Shown here piece by piece: positions 43,201-60,109 of a stretch of 64,000 bases of DNA. Source of the stretch: the human T2T-CHM13v2.0 reference genome, Homo sapiens; assembly GCF_009914755.1 (NCBI RefSeq), contig NC_060946.1; one strand, written 5' to 3'. The translations under genes and the position numbers were made by a program. The notes under the pieces were generated by a model that saw nothing but the letters and a program-made list of their open reading frames with translations, was not told the DNA's origin and ran no database searches. The first letter of the stretch is position 1; each line of letters opens with the position of its first letter.

Positions 43201-45559
43201 AAATGTCCACTTGCAGATAGTATAAAAAGGGTGTTTCAAAAATGCTCAATCAAAAGTAAGGTTCAACTCCGGGATATGAATGCAAATATCACAAAGTATT
43301 TTGACAGAATGCTTCTGTCTAGTTTTTGTGTGAAGATATATCCTTTTCGACCATAGACCTCAAAGAGCTCCAAATGTTCACTTGCAGAATCTACAAAAAG
43401 ACTGTTTCCAAACTTCTGAATCAAAAGAAAGGTTCAACTCTGTGAGATGAATGCACAGATCACAAACAAGTTTCTCAGAATGCTTCTGTCTAGTTTTTAT
43501 GTAAAGATATTTCCTTTTCCACCATAGGCCTCAAAGCTCTCCAAATATCCACTTGCCAATTCTACAAAAAGAGTGTTTCAAAACTGTTCAATTAAAAGGA
43601 AGGTTCAATTCTGTGACATGAATACACCCATCACAAAGAAATTTGTCAGAATGTTTCTATATAGTTTTTATGTGAAGATATTTCCTTTTCCACCATAGGT
43701 TTCAAAGGGCCCCAAATATCCACTTGCAGGTTCTACAAAAAGAGTGTCTCAAAGCCACTCAATCAAAAGAAATGTTCAACTTGTGAGATGAATGCACACA
43801 TCACAAAGTAGTTTCACAGAATGCTTCTGTCTAGTTATTAAGTGAAGATATTTCGTTATTGACCATCACCCTCAAAGTACTCCAAATGTCCACTTACAGA
43901 TTCTACAAAAAGAGTGTTTCAAAGCTGCTTAATCAAAAGAAATGTTCAACTACGTGAGATGAATGCACACATCAGAAAGAATTTTCTAAGAAAGATTCTG
44001 TCTAGTTTTTATGGGAAGTTACTTCCTTTTCCACCACAGGAAAGCCCTCCAAATGTCCATTGCAGATTCTACAAAAAGAGTGTTTCAAAACTGCTCAATG
44101 AAAAGAAATGTTCAACTCTGTGAGATGAATGCACACATCACAAGGAAGTTTCACAGAATGCTTCTGTCTAGTTTTTATGTGAAGATATTTCCTTTTCCAC
44201 CATAGGACACAAAGAGCTCAAAATGTTCACTTGCAGAGTCTAAAAAAGAGTTTTTCAAAGCTGCTCAATCAAAAGTATGGTTCAACTCTGTAAGATAAAT
44301 GCACACAACACAAAGAAGTTTCTCAGAATGCTTCCACCTAGTTGTTAAGTGAAGATATTTCCTTCTCCACCATATGTCTCAAAGCGCACCAAATGTCCAC
44401 TTGCGGATTCTACAAAAAGAGTGTTTCAAAACTGCTCAATCAAAACAAAGTTTCAACTCTGTGAGATGAATGCACACATCACAAAGAAGTTTCTCAAAAT
44501 GCTTCTGTCTAGTATTTATGTGAAGATATTTCCTTTTCCACAATAGGCCTCAAACCGCTCCAAATATCCACTTGCAAATACTGCAAAAAGATAGTTTCAA
44601 AACTGCTCAATCAAAAGAAATCTTCAACTATGTGAGTTGAATGCACACATCACAAAGAACTTTCTCAGAACTACTCTGCGTAGTCTTTATTTGAAGATAT
44701 TTCCTTTTCCACCACAGGCCCCAAACTGATCCAAATATCCACATGCAGATTCTTCAAAAGAAGTGTTTCAAAACTCTTCAATCAAAAGAAAGGTTCAATT
44801 CTGTGAGATGAATGCACACATCACAAAGAAGTTTCTCAGAAGGCTTTTGTGTAGTTTTTTGTGAAGATGTTTCCTTTTCCACCATAGGCCTCAAATCGCT
44901 CCCAATGCCCACTTGCAGATTCTGCAAAAAGAGTGTTTCAAAGCTGCTCAATCAAAAGAAATGTTCAGCTCTGTGAGATGAATGCACACATCACAAAGAA
45001 GTTTCTCAGAATGCTTCTGTCTAGTTTTTAAGTGAAGATATTTCCCTTTCCTCTAGAGGTCCCAAAGCCCTCCAACTTTGCAGATACTACAAAAAGAGTG
45101 TTTCAAAACTGCTCAATCAAAAGAATATTTCAACTCTGTGAGTTGAATGCACATATCACAAAGAAATTTCTCAGAATGCTTCTGTCTAGTTTTTATGTGA
45201 AGATATTTCCTTTTCCACCATAAGCCCCAAAGTGCTCAAAATATCCACTTGCAGATTCCACAAAAAGAGTGTTTCAAAACTGCTCAATCAAGAGAAACGT
45301 TCAACTCTGTGAGATGAATGCACAGATCACAGAGGAGTTTCTCAGAATGCTTCTGTCTGGTTTTAATGTGTAGATATTTACTTTTCCACCATAGGCTGTA
45401 AAACATTCCAAATATCCACTTGCAGACACTACAAAAAGAGTGTTTCAAAAGTGCTAAATCAAAAGAAAATTTCAACTCTGTGAGGTGAATGCACACATCA
45501 CAAAGAAGTTTCTCAGAATGCTTCTTTCTTCTCTTTATGTGAAGATATTTCCTTTTCCA
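37259..45559 (-). repeat. Alpha satellite layer 4, part 3 (distal end of array)
   Basis: 171-bp units continue to gaagatatttccttttcca at 45541-45559, then stop mid-monomer. Confidence 0.93.
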
Positions 45560-45666
45560 TTCCGAACCTCGTAGCAGTGTTTTGTAATCCTGTGTGAGGG
45601 ACAAACACTCAGAATCCAGCCACTGTGTACTGGAATCCTATCTGAGGGCACACATTTAAAATCCAG
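45558..45666. repeat. 48-bp CER-type (D22Z3-like) satellite remnant, ~2.3 units
   Basis: Unit 1 cattccgaacctcgtagcagtgttttgtaatcctgtgtgagggacaaa (45558-45605). Unit 2 cactcagaatccagccactgtgtactggaatcctatctgagggcaca (45606-45652). Partial third unit. Resembles the recalled CER unit gcagtgttctggaatcctatgtgagggacaaaca. Confidence 0.8.
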
Positions 45667-46439
45667 ATGTAGTCTCCTTGCTTTAGTGAATACACTAATC
45701 TCCTTTTCCTGCTATACATTTAGGCAAATTATTTTTCTGTATCTTAAATAAATGGTAAATACCTGAAATTTCTTACTTTTTCCAGGCAGAGTGTCTTCAC
45801 TATTTAGCTGTAGAAGTATAACTATTTTTGTCTGTGTCATAATTTTGTACTCAGGAACCCTGGCCATGTCACTAGCCAAACGGACATAACTTATGGATAA
45901 CATGGACAGCATCCGGTTGATACGTTCTAGAGAAAAATAGCAGCTACCATAGACTTCAGGAAAGACACATCGAACAAATGACAAAAATGTGGGTTTCCTA
46001 CCTTCAGGGAGTCTAAGAATGCAGTAGAAAGTGATGTGGAGCAAACATCTTTCAAATGGAAGGAAGGGATAGGGAAAGGAAGACTGTTATAGGCTCTTTT
46101 GAATGTTAGAGGCAACATAAAACATATTTGGATGTGTATTCTAAATAAAACGCAAATGTCAAGAAGGATGTCAGCTGTGAGTGGGACTCCGAGAAACAGA
46201 AAAGTTTTGGACTACAGAGGCCTGCAGTACAAGTGGATCTACAACTTTGTTTAGGGAATCCAATGCCTCATGTATCTATGAGAGGCAGAATTTTCCTATG
46301 GAGCCAGCGGCAAGGCTCCAGAGGAGAAATACAGTACAAGCCACTTTATTTTGGAGTAGAAGCCTTTTATACAAAAATTACCCGCCCCCTCCTTTTTTGA
46401 GAAACAATTTCACATTGGGATACTAATAAGAAGGAATGC

Positions 46440-47080
46440 TCAATCATGAATAAGGGTGACCCCATTGTGATCTGAGTATTATAGGATCATACTAACTACA
46501 ACCAGTCTTCCATCATTCCATGGATATTGCATGTATGCCACATTGCCTTCTCAGTTTCCAAGGGATCAATTAATGAACAGGTTACTCACATTTTCAGCAT
46601 CCTACTCCTGACACACTCCCACCCTTCTTTCTATTTATCTGTGATTGATAGAGATTTGCCTATGACTGGATTCCTGAGGAGAAAAAAGTCTGGATTACAG
46701 ATGGCATTCCTTGTTATGGAAGGCCCTTCCTTCTGAAAGTCTATTTCTATCATGTTCTTTCCCTGTGCTGTCAAAGGGTCACCCCTTTATACAGAGGAGA
46801 AGAGATATCCATCAAGTAAATAAAATTTAATTTACCTTTGTAAAAATTATTTCTACCAATTCACATGGAGGACCTTATCGTTTGGTCCAATAATCAGAGA
46901 TTTGAAAGAACCTGATATTGTTGGCCAGCAGATTAGAAAAGAGTTATTAGAGAGAGATGGCTCAAGTGATAATAACTGTGTGCCTTATGAATGCTCACCT
47001 AAACCAAAGATCACTGAAGATAATGTATTTTACCATAATGTTTTAATCTCAGGTAAATGTCAATCAGGAGACAAACACTT
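46440..47080 (+). mobile_element. Highly decayed ERVL/MaLR internal fragment
   Basis: Patches resembling ERVL pol RNaseH-region DNA (ctggattacagatggc; gtgtgccttatgaatgctcacc). Extent uncertain. Confidence 0.35.
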
Positions 47081-47202
47081 GTTTATCTCCTGATTGGTAT
47101 TGATCTGAATTAAGCTGTCTGCCATTTGGAGAAATTGAAATGCTATTTTAAACACACAGTCTTGTTACTTGAGTTATTTATGATCTTAAGGGGCTCCCCT
47201 CC

Positions 47203-47673
47203 TTTTGTGGGTTAGATTGTGTCTTCAAAAAGAAAATATATATATTAGAGTTCTAGCCCCTGATGTCTGTGAGTATGACTTAATTTGAAATCAAATTATT
47301 TGCAGATGCTGTATAATTATGATATGCTAGATGAGCTCATAATGCATTAGAGTGGGCCATAATTCAATATGGTTGATATCCTCATAAGAAGGGAAGAGGA
47401 AACAGAGACGCAGGGAGGAGATGGCCATGTGAGGATGGAGGTAGAGAATAAAGTGAGGTATCCTCCAGCCAAGCAAAGACAATGAAGCTCAGTGATCACC
47501 CGGTGCTAGAAGAAGCAAGAAAGGATTTTTTCCCAGGTCCTTCAGAGAAAAATGCAGCACTGCTAACTCCTTCATTTAAGATTTCTAGCTTCCTGAACCG
47601 TAAAAAATAACTTTATGTCATTTTAAGCGACCTAATGTGAACCACTTTGTCACAGCAGATGTAGGAAATTACA
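47203..47673 (+). mobile_element. MaLR solo LTR, MLT1C-like
   Basis: ttgtgggttagattgtgtc start, ggccatgtgaggatggagg core, tttgtcacagcag..ggaaattaca end. 5-bp TSD cctcc at 47198-47202 and 47674-47678. Confidence 0.85.
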
Positions 47674-47683
47674 CCTCCTTAAA

Positions 47684-47762
47684 GAATGCAGAATCCTGGC
47701 CCGTGCTTGCCTCATACCTATTGAATGAGAATCTAAGGGCTCTAGAATCTGCATTTTGAAAC
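47684..47762. mobile_element. MER5-type hAT DNA transposon fragment
   Basis: aatgcagaatcctggccc..acctattgaatgagaatct..gaatctgcatttt, with the internal inverted symmetry typical of MER5. Confidence 0.65.
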
Positions 47763-47789
47763 TAATACATAATACACAAAGAGAACTCA

Positions 47790-47960
47790 CTAAGTACTCT
47801 ACATGCACTTCATCCTCACAAGCCATGAAGTAGTTTACTATTATAATTCTCATTTTACATATGGGAAACTGGAGCATTAAAAGATTAAGTAATTTGCCTA
47901 CAGTCACTCACATAACCAGAAAGTGGAAGAGCTGGGATTCAATCCCAGTTTCAGACATCC
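47790..47960 (-). mobile_element. MIR SINE fragment
   Basis: MIR core attctcattttacatatgggaaactggag..aagtaatttgcc..gctgggattcaatcccag. Confidence 0.75.
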
Positions 47961-48010
47961 TGATATCCTGGGTTCAGACACCACACACTTAGCAACTATT
48001 ACACACTTAG

Positions 48011-48011
<1 letters not shown>

Positions 48012-48059
<48 letters not shown>
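48012..48059. repeat. (ATT)16 perfect microsatellite
   Basis: Direct count. Confidence 0.95.
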
Positions 48060-48154
48060 TTAATCACCATCTCCACCTTCTTAAGCACTCAAAAGTTGAA
48101 ATCCAGTGGTGTGTTGCTGTTTCCATTCATAGCAAGTTATAGCCACAATCATAA

Positions 48155-48528
<374 letters not shown>

Positions 48529-48744
48529 TCTTTCACCCATTGAAATCTCATTTCAACAATTACCATCTTTTTTGAGTGGTATTTTTGAAGTTATAAATGA
48601 ATTCCCTATAATACATAGTGAGAATATTTATGGGAGCTTCCTAATTGACCTTTCTAAACATTCTGCATTGTTTCTCATTTCCTTCTTTAAATTTCCTTCT
48701 ACCTTGCCTTCCTTAAGACCACTCAGTGTTGGCCCCATGCTTTC

Positions 48745-49099
<355 letters not shown>

Positions 49100-49489
49100 C
49101 ATGCTTTCTTTTTAATAACTCCTTGCTGCCTAGTTTTTTCATGTCCACTGTGTAAGTACTAGTCTTAATGGGTATTTCTTTTCTTACTATTCTGCACCAA
49201 TGTTTCCCTGATTGACAAGAGTTTTCCTGAAATGTGTTCTTGGAATGGAATTCTATGATACGCTTAGAAAATTCTGCATACCTTATATTTCAGAATGTGT
49301 ATGTAAAAGACTCCAGTAAATGATGCAGGGAAGCAAAAATATTTGTGTGTTTTGCGAGTTGTATTCATATGCGTATAAAATTCTCATGCACTTTGGGTGA
49401 CAATGCTCTGCACACTTTTCCTGTGCTCCTTTTATCCATTCCCACACTTCCAGCATTTCCTTTGACATTTAATTTTCTTTCTTTATTTT

Positions 49490-50330
49490 TTTTTACTCCA
49501 ATATTTTCCTGTAGGTTCCAAACCTATATTTTAAAATGTCAACTGATTCTCCCCCTCTGTCTTCACCACCTGCATCTCAAATTTGACATAGCCATAAACA
49601 CATTTTATATTTTGGCAAATAAATCTATTTCTTTTAAAGCATTGCCCATCTCAGCTAATGATGATAATATCAAGCCAGTCGCCAAGAAAATTTAGAGTAT
49701 ATATGCCTTGACTCTTACTTCTAAATGAATTATTAAGTTCAGCTCTTTCTACCTTGAATTACCTTTCTATTCTGCCATTTCTCTTCTGTGTTGCTGCTAA
49801 TGTTTTAATTTAGTCATTCATCACAGCATGCCTGTATTCCTGGAATAATCTTGACTATTCTTTCTGACTTTTTCTTCTAACTGCATCTCAAAAACTTCTA
49901 TCTAGAATGAAAATAAGCATATATATATACTATATATACATATATACATACACACTACATGTATGTATATAGTATAAGTATAGATATGCTATATACTATA
50001 TATATATGCTATATATTTATATACACACACACCCACTATGCTTTTAAAAATTGTTTACTTATGTCCCATCATTGAAGGGTAAAATACAAAATCACTGATA
50101 TTTAGAGACATTCTCCTCAATCATTTAACATTTTCCTTCACAAACCTGTGCTGTAGCCACACCCAGAACAGGTTATGTTCCTTCAAAGACACACACACTT
50201 TTCTATTACTCTCCTTTTACTCCTTCTATTCCATCTGCTTAGACCATTTTTTACTTGTTTTCTGTCTATCTTCATTCACTTTTTAGGATCCAATTAAAAT
50301 ATTGATACAAAGGCCGAGATCTTTATATCT
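49490..50330 (+). mobile_element. Decayed L2 3' region, interrupted by TA/CA low-complexity DNA
   Basis: L2-like words gcatctcaaatttgacat, cccatctcagctaatg, ccttgactc, ctgtagccacacc. Confidence 0.5.
49919..50032. repeat. Imperfect (TA)n/(CA)n tract
   Basis: Direct observation. Confidence 0.8.
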
Positions 50331-52084
50331 TCTCTTATTTAAATTCCTGGAGCACCAGATAACTTCCTCTATTATAATTCTTACTGTATACAAACATAAC
50401 TCTCATTTGAAAACAATGAATACATAATTATAAAATCAGATATATCATAAAATGATTGGTATCAATATGTGAAAAAAAATCTTCAATGTTGAAAGTACAA
50501 GATTACAAGCCATCTGAAAGTAACTAAACATCTATCAGAGAAAAATGCTCATCATTTTTTGATGAAACCAAAAGTAAGAGAATTTGGTATTAATCTACAT
50601 CATTGGTAAATTACATATTAATTATTGTGAGAAAGAAATAATTGATGGAATTTAAAGAAAATCGGTTTTCCTTTATTTTTATTATCCTACCTAAAAGTAT
50701 TATATCTAATTAAAATAATGATTTTAAATTTATCCTGTCAAGTATGTCATCACACTAAAATCCATTGTATTTAATTTCTCAACTGAGAAATTGTATTCAA
50801 TTGTATTCAATTTCTCTACTGAAAAATTAATATGAAAGCAATCACATAGCATTCAGAAATTAATAAATATTTAAAGAAATTAAGCAGCATTAGATTTTCT
50901 TGTTGTTAAATTTTTTTCTTCTCTCAGTATGGCTTATGTCTCATTGCTTCTATTGAACACAGCACAATTCAAGCATTAATAGAGTGCCTTTATCAAAGTT
51001 GTGAATCTCAGAAATGAACAAGCTTACCTCCCTAGCTATTTATTAAAAGTTACAAGTCACTTTTTTTTTAACTTCCTAATAATCTTAGAGAGGTATATTT
51101 TGTGTTTTTGTTTGCTATATCTTTTATAAAGAAGATCCCTAATGATTTGAAAGTTAGAACCAATTTTCTGAAGGATTGAGCCACACTCCTTGAACTTTTG
51201 TGTTTGTGGGTGGCACACTATGTCTTTTGCAGACCCGGTACCTACCCCTTGGTCTAGAACATATTTTTATCCACCTGTCTTTCAAGTTTTTATTTCAGCA
51301 GGGGTGGGTGGTTTGTGGTTGACCAAAAATAGAATGGGCTACAAAAGCCCTTCCTGTTGGATATTGAATCTGCTATTTGAGTCACCCTTACATTATGAAT
51401 TGACTGTTAATTAACACATTTGGTAAGAGAATATCCTGATCTGCTTTGCATGTGAGGCTCTCCCAGTAATAAACAAAGAAGCATAATTAAACGAGATTTT
51501 AATTTCTCTATGCCCTGTTAGAAATTCAGATACAATTCAAGTCATCTTGGAAATTTTAGGTTGCATTCCGATGTCGCCTCTGTTCTGGCCATTGTGCAAT
51601 GGGCCTTCAAATGTTGTAGTAGAGACCAACTGATATTCCATTGTTATTCATTTATACACAGGTATATATATGGTGTGTGTATGCAAATATACATATAAAT
51701 ATTCATATATGTGTACATGTGTACATACATACATATGGAGGTAATACAAGTTTGCATTGTTTTTAAAATTTTTTTACCCAAATTAACAATGACTCTATTG
51801 TATATCTTTATTGGTTATATTACATTTATATAAATAAATTTATATCAGTGAGAATTTTCAAGTAAGTGAAATTTGAATTGGATTCAGGGTTTTATTTTTT
51901 TGAAATTTCCAATTAAAATTACTTGATTTTTTTAAATTTTATCTTAAAATACTCAAGACCCATTTGTAGAAAAAAATAGAGGATAAAAATGAAGTGTGTC
52001 TTTATGAGTCACAAATTTTTATTTTACTTTAATAATTGTCAAAATAATATTTTTTCCATGAGGCATTTTATAATGCCTTCTTTA

Positions 52085-54615
<2,531 letters not shown>

Positions 54616-54746
54616 TTAAAGCCTCAAAATCTCTAATGCAGAAAGAATGACTTTTAAATATCCTACATATTTAAACCATTTATTTTATACAACAATCTCA
54701 TAGATGCAAAACTACTACTAATAAACAAGTAACCTAAGCTGAATTA

Positions 54747-54956
<210 letters not shown>

Positions 54957-55052
54957 TTACTTCTTTTACACTTGCTCTTCTGTGTTTAGTTTCGAAATTA
55001 TCATCTTCATGCAAAGTATTTAGCACAGTGTCTGGCAGATAGAAAAAGTTAG

Positions 55053-55386
<334 letters not shown>

Positions 55387-55538
55387 GCTAGCTATTATTT
55401 CTAATCCTTTGCCATGCTCAGGTATAATCTTCCCAAATCCAGAAGTAATTTTATAACTTCAGCTAATTGCAGTGATAAATTATTGAAATATTTTCCTAAA
55501 GAAAATACACAAATGAAACCTTAAAAATACAAGGACTG

Positions 55539-55830
55539 GGCCGGGCACGGTGGCTCGCGCCTGTAATTCCAGTACTTTGGGAGGCTGAGCTGGGTGCATC
55601 ACCTCAGGTCAGGATTTCGAGACAAGCCTAGCCAACATGGCGAAACGTCGTCTCTACTAAAAATACAAAAATTAGCTGTGCATGGTGGTGGGCGCCTGTA
55701 GTCCCAGCTACTCGGGAGGCTGAGGCAGGAAAATCGCTTGAACCTGGAGGCGGAAGTTGAATGAGGCTAGGTCTCACTGCTGGACTGCAGCCTGCGCCAA
55801 CAGAGCAAAAACTGTCTAAAAAAAAGAAAA
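55539..55830 (+). mobile_element. Alu (AluSx-like)
   Basis: ggccgggcacggtggctc start, diverged 3' end. Confidence 0.92.
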
Positions 55831-56189
<359 letters not shown>

Positions 56190-56199
56190 GAAGGTATAG

Positions 56200-57170
56200 T
56201 AAATTATGAAAGAGAAAAGGAGAGAATAAGCATCTTCAACAAGAAAAATGAAAATAATAAAAACTATACAATTGCAAAACAATAACTCTTGTTAAAATAT
56301 TTTACATGTCATATTGTAAATAAGACACCCTCAGTGTATGCAGAAATGATTACATAAGTATAGGAAACAGCTGTCATTGTAGATATATAAACTAGAGAAA
56401 TGCGAATCAGAAATAAGTTTATCAACTAGAAGAGAGAAGAAATTTTTGTTTGAGTAAATCTACTGTCTATAATTTAAAAATACACAATGGTATTTCTTTC
56501 ATTAAATAGATTTATTTAAATATAAAAATAAAAGCTTATACATAGGTCAGAAGAAATATTGCTGGTTTATAATAGGGTTCATAGGAACTAAAATGGGTAA
56601 TTAGATAAGACAGTGTGTAAATAATTATGTTATTTTAGTAAAAATATCCAACACTGTATCTTTCAAATAAAAATATACTTTTTTAAAGGTCAACAAAAAG
56701 TTATTGTTCTTCAAATTTTAACATTTATCCTCCAAGTGAAATTACTATAAGAAGAAACAACTAACCTATAAATAAATAATCTACTTTTTGGAAAAGTTAA
56801 CAAACCTCTCTACACACAATATAATTAAGAAAGATAATAAGAAACATATATAATTTCAAGATTTTCAATTTTTTTTTTACTAAGCCAGAGAAGATAAATG
56901 AATTAATCATTCATGTCAGTAAGTAAATACAGGATCAAAAAACATACCTAATGGAAGGAAATTAATAACAGAAAAGTAAAAATTATAATCTAGAAAATGA
57001 AAGATATAAATTGATTCATAAATGGATAAGACTTTTAAGACTTTTTTTGAAGAAATCATTTCAAACTAGAATAAGCAAGAGGAATAGATCAAAACAAAAA
57101 GGAAAACAGTGAAGGTGATATACACATCCTCTTACTGAAAATTAATTTTAAAGAACTGCTTTGTAAACAA
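56200..57170 (+). mobile_element. Possible ancient L1M ORF2 remnant
   Basis: Strong A-rich strand bias and weak L1M-like words. Not resolvable by eye. Confidence 0.3.
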
Positions 57171-57174
57171 GAAA

Positions 57175-57620
57175 ACACAGAGTCATCAATGTGTCTGGAT
57201 ATGGATTCATTTTTATTTCTTCTGCTCAGCACTTGTTTCATACTTTAAATTAGAGTCCTCAAGTCTTTCCTCTGCAATGGAAATTTTATCACATCATGTA
57301 AAGTATACAAATAGTGAAGGCATTGCCAGTGTTTCCTTGTGTATAAGTATTCTCTACCATTAGAATGGAAACGTCATGAAAGTGGGCCCTTAGTGAGTGT
57401 TTGCTGAGTGGATGAATACTGTCCTTAAATATGGCTTCTCCATTCTCTTTGGACTCCTTTTGAAACTCCTATCATACATGTGTTGGGGACTTTCTTGACT
57501 GGTCTTTCTGACTTTTAAATCATTTTATCTGGATAAATTCATCATTATCTCCCAATTGACTAATTCTTTGTGTTTATTGCATTTACACTTCTTTTTTATA
57601 TAATTTTCATTTCTAGAGAT
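57175..57620 (-). mobile_element. Possible ancient L1M 5'/ORF1 remnant with a short L2 3'-end piece (~57360-57420)
   Basis: gtgtctggatatggattcattttta, aactcctatcatacatgtgttgg. L2-like gtgtttgctgagtggatgaat. Confidence 0.4.
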
Positions 57621-57622
57621 TT

Positions 57623-57944
57623 TAATTTTTTTTTTCCTTTTTTGAGATGGAGTCTTGCTCTGTCACCCAGGCTGAAGTTCAGTGGCAAGATCTTGGTTCA
57701 CTGCAACCTCCTACTCCTGGGTTCAAGTGACTCTCCTCCTGCCTCAGCCTCCTCTCCTGTTTCAGCCTCCTGAGTGGCTGGAATTACAGGCATGCGCCAC
57801 CACACTCGGCTAATTTTTGAATTTTTAGTAGAGACGGGGTTTCATTATGTTGGTCAGCCTGGTCTAGAACTCCTGATACCATGATCCACGCCCCTCAGCC
57901 TACCAAAGTGCTGGGATTACAGGTGTGAGCCACCACGCCTGGCT
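57623..57944 (-). mobile_element. Alu (AluS) with a small internal duplication
   Basis: Antisense dimer. ctcctgcctcagcctc repeated at ~57736-57770. Confidence 0.9.
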
Positions 57945-57972
57945 GCTTTTAATTTTTTATATCAATCTTTAC

Positions 57973-58568
<596 letters not shown>

Positions 58569-58621
58569 GTCTGTTTTTACTTTTAAGTCTTCTATTCTTT
58601 TTGATGAATTTTCTTCTTCTG

Positions 58622-58910
58622 TTTTTTTTTGGCAGAGGCTCACTCTGTTGCCCAGGTTGGAGTACAATGATGCCATCTTGGCTCACTACAAAGTCCGCCT
58701 CCTGGGGTCAAGCAATTCTTCTGCTTCAGCTTCTTGAGTAGCTGGGATTACATGCACCCACCACCGTGCCCTGCTAATTTTTGAATTTTTAGTAGAGATG
58801 GGGTTTCACAGTGTTTACCAGGCTGGTCTTGAACTCCCGACCTCAGATGATTTACCCATCTCAGCCTCCCAAGGTGCCGGGATTACAGGCGTGAGCCACC
58901 ATGCCTGGCC
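58622..58910 (-). mobile_element. Alu (AluSx-like)
   Basis: Antisense dimer ending gagccaccatgcctggcc. Confidence 0.9.
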
Positions 58911-59669
58911 CTGGATGTTTTCTTCTTAAAAAGCCAGTTGAGAATTCTAAATGTACTCACTTAAAAGGAAAATTTAGTTTGCTATAATATTTCTCATATT
59001 TGCTGTGGTGAATTCATCTCTAGGAGGTTTCTTTGTAAAATTATTTCATCATCTCTCTAATAGTTAATTCTCCATGTTTTGTAATATTTTTGCACACTCA
59101 CCTTGAATGAGAAGTTCTCTACATGTCATAGTCATATAACAAACAGAATTCACTCTCCTTCACCACTAATCACACTTCTGTATATTCAATAAAATGTGCA
59201 TTTCTTCATGGATACTCTTTGAATCATCTAAATGGAGACTCTTTATAGAAATATTGAATCATTAATTCTTCCAACTACTGTACTCCTTTCCAACATACCG
59301 TCTTACTGATTTTTCACTTTTTCCTATTTATATTCATTTTGTTCTACTAACCCGTCTGTCATTGGCCTTCTTCTATAGCCAATCTCAAATTTCAGTTCAC
59401 ACTAGCTGTGAACAGCACTCAAATTGTTGCTGTATTCTTAAAATATAAATTTACTTCATAAAGCAAAAGTGAATTATATGCATGTTACAAAAAATATTCC
59501 TAGCAGAGATAAGATAGGATGGTATTTGCTGGGATGTGCAGCACCGTTTTTTCCAAATTAATTTCTATCAGAATTCTCTCCTCCCTACTGCCAGGCAGAG
59601 CTCACCACTCACAAGTCATGAATGACATTTTCAGTCATTTTTCATCTTATCTGATCATATGACTTGAAT

Positions 59670-60065
59670 TAATGTTTAGATCTGCTAAGGGCAAACACCA
59701 CCATGAAATTAAATTTGCAAGAGGGAAGAAGGAGGAAGTAGGAGAAGGTGGGTAGAGTCTTCAGACTAGGGTGCAGATCTTACACCTGTAGAGGGAAAGA
59801 GGGAAGGAAGGCTGATTGGGGTAGAAAGAGACTGCAGCATGGTTCCAAGAATGCTTTGGCCTAGGTCACTGCAGACTCCTTAAATTAAAGTTACTCATTG
59901 GAGACTCTCACAACTCACTGGAAACGTCCTCACATACAATCCTCATGTAGCTATATGACTGTTGGAAACATGACTGCTGCACAAGTGTAGAAGTGCTTCC
60001 AGAGACAGAGGGCTAAAGCCAGACTGTCGCTGACTTATGCTGTCTGAGTCAGGATATCTGCACTG
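59670..60065 (-). mobile_element. ERVL-class LTR remnant (LTR16/LTR33-like)
   Basis: cttcagact..tgcagatcttacacctgt..gagggaaggaagg..gactgcagc resembles recalled LTR16-type antisense sequence and lies 3' of the ERVL internal remnant. Confidence 0.5.
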
Positions 60066-60109
60066 AAAATTTCCTTGGTCATTAAAATCCATTACCCCCA
60101 CCTCCTAAC

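Noticed and set aside
45712-47093. Short ORFs just beyond the satellite boundary
   Set aside because: No recognisable domains or supported splice structure, and they partly overlap decayed retroviral-like sequence.
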